From assembly GCA_965218585.1 (NCBI GenBank), contig CBDCLE010000005.1:96001-160000 (forward strand): DNA of 64,000 nt. The letters are read 5' to 3'. Positions 57,982 through 64,000 of the stretch are shown here, piece after piece. Source of the DNA: Terriglobia bacterium. GTDB taxonomy: Bacteria; Acidobacteriota; Terriglobia; 20CM-2-55-15. The notes beneath the pieces are model-generated. The model did not search any database, was not told where the DNA came from, and saw only the letters and a list, made by a program, of their open reading frames with translations. The position numbers were made by a program, and so were the translations under genes. Numbering within the stretch: position 1 is the first letter of the stretch; the number at the start of each line of letters is the position of its first letter.

Positions 57982-58407
57982 ATGATTATCTATGGTGTTG
58001 CATTGTTGTCCGGTTGCCTCTTCCTTGGCATGCTGGCCGGAGAGGCTCTTGGAGTGTTGCTAGGAGTCAGCGCCAACGTTGGAGGTGTCGGCATAGCGAT
58101 GGTGCTGCTGGTACTGGCTTCGAACTCCAATCGCATGAAATCCCTCGTTGATGGAGCCTCGGGCAATGGGATCAAGTTCTGGGGCGCGATGTACATCCCC
58201 ATAGTCGTCGCTATGGCCGCAAGTCAGAACGTAGCGGGAGCCGCAGCCGGAGGCTTGATCGCATTGGTCGCGGGGAGCGCTGCAGTGGTTGTGAGTTTTG
58301 CACTGGTCCCCGTTCTCAGCCGATTGGGGTCGGGACGTAGCCCCGGCCACGACAAAGATCGAAAGGCTTCTCGGGACGATTCCGGTCCGGACACGGGGGC
58401 GGTGTAA
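57982..58407 (+). CDS. madL: Malonate transporter subunit MadL
   Basis: MIIYGVALLS.C...G..LG..LGV.ANVGGVG.AM and FW.AMYIPIVVAMAA.QNV motifs. Confidence 0.88.
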   Translation: MIIYGVALLSGCLFLGMLAGEALGVLLGVSANVGGVGIAMVLLVLASNSNRMKSLVDGASGNGIKFWGAMYIPIVVAMAASQNVAGAAAGGLIALVAGSAAVVVSFALVPVLSRLGSGRSPGHDKDRKASRDDSGPDTGAV

Positions 58408-59165
58408 TGGACTTGCTGTTGAAAGTTGCCGAGAGAAACGATCTCGTCGTTGCTTTCGCCGTCGTGGGCGCTACCGTCTGGATTTCCTACTTCATAGCGG
58501 ACAAGCTCACTCGTGGCCGTATCCATGGTTCGGCCATAGCCATCGTGGCAGGTCTCGTCGCCGCCTACTGGGGTGGGAAACTGACCGGCGGTCAGGTCGG
58601 CGCGGCCAATCTTCCTTTTCTGACAGGCATCGGTATCATGGGCGGAGGCATGCTGCGGGACTTCGCCATCGTCGCCACTGCGTTCGGTGTCCACCTGAGT
58701 GAATTGAGGAAAGCGGGATTTGCCGGCGTGATCTCAATCTTTGCCGGTGTCGTGGTGTCGTTTGCCGTCGGTGCGATCGCGGCAGTTTCGTTTGGATACA
58801 CTGATGCCGTCAGCATCACAACCATCGGTGCGGGTGCGGTGACCTACATTGTGGGCCCTGTTACCGGTGACGCCATCGGAGCCAGCAACTCTATCATCGC
58901 GCTCAGCGTCGCTGCCGGACTCGTTAAGTCAATCCTGGTCATGATCGGAACGCCATTGGTCGCGCGTCACATCGGCCTGGACAACCCGCAATCCGCCATG
59001 GTCTTCGGGGGGTTGATGGGCACGACCAGTGGTGTCGCCGGTGGTCTGGCCGCAACCGATCCCAAACTGGTGCCCTACGGGGCGATGACGGCGACGTTCT
59101 ATACCGGCCTGGGTGCGTTGATGGCTCCATCAGTTCTGTTCCTGATCGTCAGAGCTCTCACCTGA
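58407..59165 (+). CDS. madM: Malonate transporter subunit MadM
   Basis: LT.GRIHGSAIAI, MGG.MLRDFAIVATA, IGAGAVTYIVGPVTG, GTTSGV and LVPYGAMTATFYTG motifs. Confidence 0.9.
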   Translation: MDLLLKVAERNDLVVAFAVVGATVWISYFIADKLTRGRIHGSAIAIVAGLVAAYWGGKLTGGQVGAANLPFLTGIGIMGGGMLRDFAIVATAFGVHLSELRKAGFAGVISIFAGVVVSFAVGAIAAVSFGYTDAVSITTIGAGAVTYIVGPVTGDAIGASNSIIALSVAAGLVKSILVMIGTPLVARHIGLDNPQSAMVFGGLMGTTSGVAGGLAATDPKLVPYGAMTATFYTGLGALMAPSVLFLIVRALT

Positions 59166-59211
59166 TCGATGCCAAAGCATCAGAAACGAAAGCCACAGTG
59201 AAAAGGTGCCC

Positions 59212-60708
59212 ATGACCGACGAACCGACTGACACTCACGACTTCTTTCCGAAATTGAAGGGCGGCAACCCTAATATTGCGCTGGTTTTCGAAGGGGGCAC
59301 GTGCACGTACGCCGATCTGGATCGACGTGTCAATCAGTTTGCCAGTGGTCTGTTAGGCGAAGAGGCGGATCTGGAGGAGCAGCGCGTTGCTTTCATCATG
59401 CCTGCAAGCCTGGGTTATGTGACCGTGCTGCTCGGCATCTGGAGGGCCGGGGGCATCGCGGTACCCTTGAACGTCGCCGCCGCCATCCCCGAGCTCGAGC
59501 ATGCACTATCGAGCGCAGGAGTCAGCCTTCTGATCGCCGCCGCCGAATATCGGGAAAAACTCGGAGGGCTCTCGGCTTCGCTCGGCATTCAGATGTCCGG
59601 AGTGGACGAACTCTTACGAGAAAAAACCAGACAGCTTCCAAGGGTCGGGCTCGATCGGCGAGCCATGATTCTGTTCACAAGCGGAACCACGAACAAGCCG
59701 AAGGGCGTAACGAGCACTCACAGGAACGTGCGTTCCCAGATCGCGACTCTTATCGAAGCGTGGGCGTGGGCCGAAGACGACACGATCCCCCTGTTTTTGC
59801 CGCTTCACCACATCCATGGAATTATCAACGTCCTCGGTTGCGGATTATGGTCCGGCGCTTCGGTTCATCTCTTTCCCAAGTTCGAACTGCAACGTGTTCT
59901 GGCTGATGTTGCCAACCGTACCTACTCGGTGTTCATGGCCGTGCCCACGATCTACGTCAAGATGATCCGACATTTTGAGACCCTTTCCGAACCAGAGCGG
60001 GCCGAAATCTGTGCCGGATTTGCCGACATGCGACTGAACGTTTCCGGGTCGGCTGCGTGTCCGGTCAATCTCTTCAACAGGTGGTTGGAGTTGACGAATC
60101 AGACCTTGCTCGAACGCTATGGAATGACTGAAATCGGCATGGGACTCTCCAATCCTTACGGGGGAGAACGCCGTGCAGGAGCCGTGGGTACACCGCTGCC
60201 TGGAGTCGAGGCGGCCCTGTTTGATGAAGCCAACAACCGAATCGCAGAAGAGAATGTTCCGGGTGAGATCAGAATAAAGGGGCCCAACGTTTTTCTCGAG
60301 TACTGGAACGATGCCGAAGCCACGGCGGGAAGCTTTCATGACGGCTGGTTCTGTACCGGCGACGTTGCGCTCGTCGAGGAGGGCTATTATCGGATCATGG
60401 GACGTTCGTCCGTCGATATCATTAAATCTGGTGGTTATAAGCTGTCCGCCCTGGAAATCGAAGGCGCCTTGCTCGACCATGACGCGATCACCGAATGCGC
60501 CGTCATAGGTGTCGTCGACGACACCTGGGGAGAAGCGGTCACTGCCTTTGTTGTCCTCGCACCGAACACAACTCTGAGTCTTGAAGCCTTGCAGTCCTGG
60601 TGTAAGGATCGAATGTCTCCCTACAAGATCCCCAAACACTTGAGGATCACCGATGCCCTCCCGCGAAACGCCATGGGCAAGGTTGCCAAACCTGCCCTCA
60701 GAGATTGA
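59212..60708 (+). CDS. Acyl-CoA synthetase, malonyl-CoA synthetase (MatB/ACSF3)-like
   Basis: FTSGTT.KPKG, LPLHHIHG, FMAVPTIY, SGSA, ERYGMTE, GWF.TGD and LPRNAMGKV motifs; follows madLM. Confidence 0.82.
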   Translation: MTDEPTDTHDFFPKLKGGNPNIALVFEGGTCTYADLDRRVNQFASGLLGEEADLEEQRVAFIMPASLGYVTVLLGIWRAGGIAVPLNVAAAIPELEHALSSAGVSLLIAAAEYREKLGGLSASLGIQMSGVDELLREKTRQLPRVGLDRRAMILFTSGTTNKPKGVTSTHRNVRSQIATLIEAWAWAEDDTIPLFLPLHHIHGIINVLGCGLWSGASVHLFPKFELQRVLADVANRTYSVFMAVPTIYVKMIRHFETLSEPERAEICAGFADMRLNVSGSAACPVNLFNRWLELTNQTLLERYGMTEIGMGLSNPYGGERRAGAVGTPLPGVEAALFDEANNRIAEENVPGEIRIKGPNVFLEYWNDAEATAGSFHDGWFCTGDVALVEEGYYRIMGRSSVDIIKSGGYKLSALEIEGALLDHDAITECAVIGVVDDTWGEAVTAFVVLAPNTTLSLEALQSWCKDRMSPYKIPKHLRITDALPRNAMGKVAKPALRD

Positions 60709-60903
60709 CGGGCATAGCGCCGCAACGGCACCGGGTTTCAGCGGCGATCTTCACGGGCATGTCTACGGGAGTCGCCGAGTAGCGGACCAGCGAAGAGGCG
60801 CGATCGGCCCGGCAGGCCTGCAGATAGAACTTCATATCCTTCGAAGCGTCTGTTAGGGTGAGGCATCCCGGCCTGAAAGCAACTGGATCCGGGAAAGTGA
60901 ACG

Positions 60904-61661
60904 ATGCAGAAGCGAATCCACATTGCGTGCGGCGCGTTTCTATTGACACTTCTTGTAGCCTTCACACCGGGCCTGCCGGCCCAACCCCAGGACTCCTCGT
61001 CTGGAATTCCCGAGTTAAACGGCGTGTGAGTCGAGGCCAGTGTGTAGGCCCGAATAATCGTTGTACGGCCGTCGGGGCTGAACATCCGGCCCTGACGACC
61101 AGAGCGAAGGCTTTCCGAGACGCGATCGACGAGCTCGCGGTCCCAAAATACGATTGCTCTCCGACGCCACTCCCCCACCTGTTTACCGACCCGTACCTTT
61201 ATCAGATCGAGCAACTGGCCGACCGGGTCATTCTCACCTACGAAAAGGACGACGTGGTCCGCACGGTCTGGCTTGATGGCTATGACCACCCGCAGCCAAG
61301 GACTAACGAATTCTTTACGCACGGGTATTCAAGGGGGCGGTACGAGGGAAATCAGCTGGTCGTCGAAACGACCAAGTTCTCATTCGATCCGGCGGGAATC
61401 GATAATGATTTCAACCTGCCTTCTTCGACGCAGAAACGCGTCACGGAGCGTTACTCGTCTGACGGTGGTGGGCTCAGGCTCGAGGTGAGAACCGAGGATC
61501 CGGTCTTCCTGTTGGAGCCGCTGGGTTTTGTCATCGAATCGCAACCGGTTGATGAACCCCTGGCACTTCCGTGGGGTTGCGATCCCGAAGCCGCCCAGGA
61601 GATTCTGCAGGTGATCCCATCGAAGTACCCCGAAGACCCACCTGTAGTTCGCAGGAGGTAA
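60904..61661 (+). pseudogene. Secreted DUF6152-partner protein with a 1-nt frameshift near 61027 (pseudogene or sequence error)
   Basis: A signal peptide MQKRIHIACGAFLLTLLVAF...PELNGV* in one frame stops at TGA 61027-61029; the body (SRGQCVG...GRYEGNQLVVETT...EDP..WGC) continues in another frame. Restoring one G gives PELNGVW, matching the paralog's PRLGGAW. Confidence 0.72.
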
Positions 61662-61674
61662 GGGAGGTGGAGCC

Positions 61675-62064
61675 ATGAAACTCTACACCGTGCTCGCGAT
61701 AGGAGGATTGACGCTTGCGCTAACCCTTCAAGCGGCTGCTCACCATAGCGATGCCGGCCTCTTCGACGAGACACGTACTGTCGAGATGCGGGTCGTCGTT
61801 ACCGAATGGCGCTTCGTAAACCCGCATCCGATCCTTCGAGGGGAAGTCACCGAGGCGGACGGCCAGGCTGTGGCGTGGAACGTGGCGTTCGGCCCTTCCG
61901 CCGTGTCGGCTCTCCGCAGGCGGGGCTTTTCACCTGAGACCTTCATGCCCGGCGAGGTGCTGATCGTGACGGGCCATCCGGCCACCGCCCCCGGCGCGCA
62001 CGCCATCAATGTTCGCGGTCCCGAAAGCGAAGTCACCCGAGGGGACGGCTCACCCGTACCTTAG
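61675..62064 (+). CDS. DUF6152-like secreted protein (mature N-terminus His-His)
   Basis: Signal ...QAAA|HHSDA, FD, VTEW..VNPH, W.V, GF....F.PG..V.VTGHP motifs; GGAGG RBS. Confidence 0.78.
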   Translation: MKLYTVLAIGGLTLALTLQAAAHHSDAGLFDETRTVEMRVVVTEWRFVNPHPILRGEVTEADGQAVAWNVAFGPSAVSALRRRGFSPETFMPGEVLIVTGHPATAPGAHAINVRGPESEVTRGDGSPVP

Positions 62065-62090
62065 TTCAACGTTTTCTCGAACCGTCGGAG

Positions 62091-63047
62091 TCAGCGCCTC
62101 ACCAACTTCTGCACCCTGCGGTTGACCACGTCGGCAACATAGATGTTCTCTTGGGAGTCAATGGCCAGATAGTGGGCTTCACCGAACTCGCCCAGGCCCT
62201 CACCCGAACTTCCCCAAACGCCAAGGACGACACCGTCCGAATCCAGCTTCACGATCTGAGCGTCGAAACCGGTGGCCATGTAGATGTGCCCATCGTCGGT
62301 GAGGTCCAGGCCGCATGCCATGCCTTGATAAACCCATCCCTTCAGGAAATTCCCGTCGAGGTCGAACACCAGAACACGGCGGCCCTCGCGGTCAGCAACA
62401 TAGACGAGACCGTCAGAATCGATGACGAGGGAGTGGGCGACCTGGAACTGCCATGGCAAAGTACCGCGTCCGCCCCAGGAGGTGATGAAGCCTCCGTCAG
62501 GATCGAATTTCAGGACGCGAGGCTCGGCCTGGGGACCGTGTCCCTGGGAGACGAATATGTTTCCGTTCGGACCAATGGCCACATCGGTCGGCTGGTTAAA
62601 CAGTTGTGTTCCGGCGGCTTCGTCCCATTCACCCGCTTCGCCGCGCCTCCCCAGGGTCAGGAGAATCTCCCCTCCCCGGCTGAGCTTCATGACCAGGTGA
62701 TCGCTGACGTCGGTCACCCACAGATTGTCCTCCGAGTCGATCCGCAATCCGTGGGACCGGTTGAACAAACCCTCTCCGAACGCCCGCACGAATCCACCGT
62801 CCGCATCAAACTCCAGCAACGCAGTGTCACCACGGTGCAGGACGAAGACGTGACCTTGCGAATCGATGTCCACGGCGGCCACTGATTCAAACCCGGTGTC
62901 GGAAGGAAACCTGAAAGCATCCGCGACTTCCACCGGACGATAAGCCATGTCGGGTCCCGTGATCGCCTGTAGCGGAATCGTGGGACGTTGCCCGAGTGCG
63001 GGCGCTGCAGTCCAGAGGAGGCTCAGAAGGAGCAGGGCTACTCTCAT
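62091..63047 (-). CDS. Secreted NHL-repeat beta-propeller (peptidyl-alpha-hydroxyglycine alpha-amidating lyase-like)
   Basis: Signal peptide; repeats HGL.ID..DNLWVTD, FNQPTDVA, F..AHS..ID..G.VYVADR and IYVADV.N.RVQK. Confidence 0.82.
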   Translation of the reverse strand: MRVALLLLSLLWTAAPALGQRPTIPLQAITGPDMAYRPVEVADAFRFPSDTGFESVAAVDIDSQGHVFVLHRGDTALLEFDADGGFVRAFGEGLFNRSHGLRIDSEDNLWVTDVSDHLVMKLSRGGEILLTLGRRGEAGEWDEAAGTQLFNQPTDVAIGPNGNIFVSQGHGPQAEPRVLKFDPDGGFITSWGGRGTLPWQFQVAHSLVIDSDGLVYVADREGRRVLVFDLDGNFLKGWVYQGMACGLDLTDDGHIYMATGFDAQIVKLDSDGVVLGVWGSSGEGLGEFGEAHYLAIDSQENIYVADVVNRRVQKLVRR

Positions 63048-63056
63048 GGCAATCTC

Positions 63057-64000
63057 CTAGCGCGCCAGTGGATCGGGCCGGATCTGGAACTTCACCATCT
63101 TGCCCAGAGTCCCTTTGCCGCCTTCAATGTGCCAGACAAAGTGCGTACCGTAGTTCGCCCACAGCGCGCGGCCTTTCCAACCGCCATCGGGATCGTCGAT
63201 CCGGCCGTCCATCCCCCGGGAATAGAACCCCATGGGATACGGCACGCGCAACGTCGTCCAGTCACCTGAATCGGGATCGAGCGCGAGCAGCGCATCGGAA
63301 TTCGACCCTGTGGCGAACGGTGTGTTCTCACCCAGGCCACTGATGTTGTGTTGATCCACCCACCCGAAGTAGTGAAAGTCGGCCGGGATTTCGGTGCCCG
63401 TAAACGTCGGGCCATCGGTCCGGTACAATGTCCAGCCTTCCCGGCATCCGGTACCATCCAGTTTCTGCTGGGAAGTCAGACTCCCACACTTCGAGTAGTC
63501 GAAGCTGGCCAGATGGCTGCTGGCGGCCAACGCAGCCCAGACCACACCGTTCGAATCGATATCGATGCCGCGCGGATCCAGCCCGGGCTCGGGCACCTGG
63601 AAAACTTCACTCACGCAGCTCTGGGGCGGGTTGTTGCCGCGGGACAGCCGAATGATGTAGCCAGGGTAGCTCTCGGCTGCACCCCACACAACGTTCGAGA
63701 CGGGGCTCGGGATTACGCTGTACATGTTGTAGCTGACCTGGGTATCGAGGTTCGGATCCGGGGGACCTGCTCCTGCCGGTGGTGGTGCACCCCGCCCCAG
63801 CGGACCTTGCGGCGTATCGCTCAGGTACAGCGGGTTGCCGCCGCCTACAAGCCGATTGAACGGGAGCGTGATCCTTCCATCGCCGTTTGTATCGACGACC
63901 TGGCCGCACCAGCCCACGGCCTGTTGTTCGTCCCGGGTTTCCTCGTACACCTTCGTGTCGACCCAGCCGAACATGGAGCCGCTTAATTCGTTGAAGTAAA
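63057..64000 (-). CDS. C-terminal part of a beta-propeller-type protein, 5' end outside the window
   Basis: The frame is open to the window end (YFNELSGSMFGW...); PRGIDID.NGVVW propeller blade, D.NGDG Ca-loop-like motif and C-terminal RVPYPMGFY..G.DGRIDD...GWKGR.LW...RPDPLA. Confidence 0.7.
   Translation of the reverse strand, partial: YFNELSGSMFGWVDTKVYEETRDEQQAVGWCGQVVDTNGDGRITLPFNRLVGGGNPLYLSDTPQGPLGRGAPPPAGAGPPDPNLDTQVSYNMYSVIPSPVSNVVWGAAESYPGYIIRLSRGNNPPQSCVSEVFQVPEPGLDPRGIDIDSNGVVWAALAASSHLASFDYSKCGSLTSQQKLDGTGCREGWTLYRTDGPTFTGTEIPADFHYFGWVDQHNISGLGENTPFATGSNSDALLALDPDSGDWTTLRVPYPMGFYSRGMDGRIDDPDGGWKGRALWANYGTHFVWHIEGGKGTLGKMVKFQIRPDPLAR

Noticed and set aside
60698-60949. 83-aa minus-strand ORF after the acyl-CoA synthetase
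   Set aside because: No recognisable motif, and it overlaps the promoter and start of the partner gene; at most an unassignable remnant.
61027-61029. Selenocysteine or Trp read-through of the TGA
   Set aside because: The same frame hits TAG six codons later and homology continues in a different frame, so it is a frameshift and not recoding.
1-64000. tRNA, rRNA, prophage or anti-phage defence genes
   Set aside because: None was recognised by eye; nearly all the space is explained by the CDSs listed. tRNAscan, Rfam and DefenseFinder were not run.

Overview
A GC-rich bacterial chromosome segment, probably Acidobacteriota (inferred from gene order such as tsaB-rimI-DUF465...psd-pssA and from the DUF6152-like gene pairs). 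Layout: (1) 1-17.9 kb is a surface-glycan locus with a WaaL/PglL-like TPR protein, an NDP-sugar pathway with gmd, glycosyl- and methyltransferases, wzm/wzt and a wecA-like gene. (2) 17.9-22.7 kb holds type IV pilus genes pilR-pilS-pilC and a decayed 3' remnant of pilB. (3) 22.7-26.0 kb holds an IS1380 and an IS1182 element in tandem, separated and flanked by three CTAG sites. (4) 26-58 kb is mostly housekeeping (accA, dnaE, guaA, pssA/psd, rimI, tsaB, mutS, nagZ-like, tsaC, rarA, rluB, scpAB, trpS, ccsA-hemACD), with interspersed palindromic repeats and one small accessory insert. (5) 58-64 kb is accessory: madLM plus a malonyl-CoA synthetase-like gene, a DUF6152-like pair and beta-propeller proteins. 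Main observations: a 30/32-bp inverted repeat with a palindromic core brackets the 6.1-kb gmd...wzm block (invertible segment, shared promoter/operator, or duplication scar); a secreted His-His (DUF6152-like) protein plus partner module occurs twice in opposite gene order; the 5' part of pilB was lost at the IS pair; an asd-like gene is internally deleted; and a composite non-coding repeat occurs at 42.1 kb and 53.7 kb. All calls come from reading the sequence only; no searches were run. No rRNA, tRNA or CRISPR array was seen.
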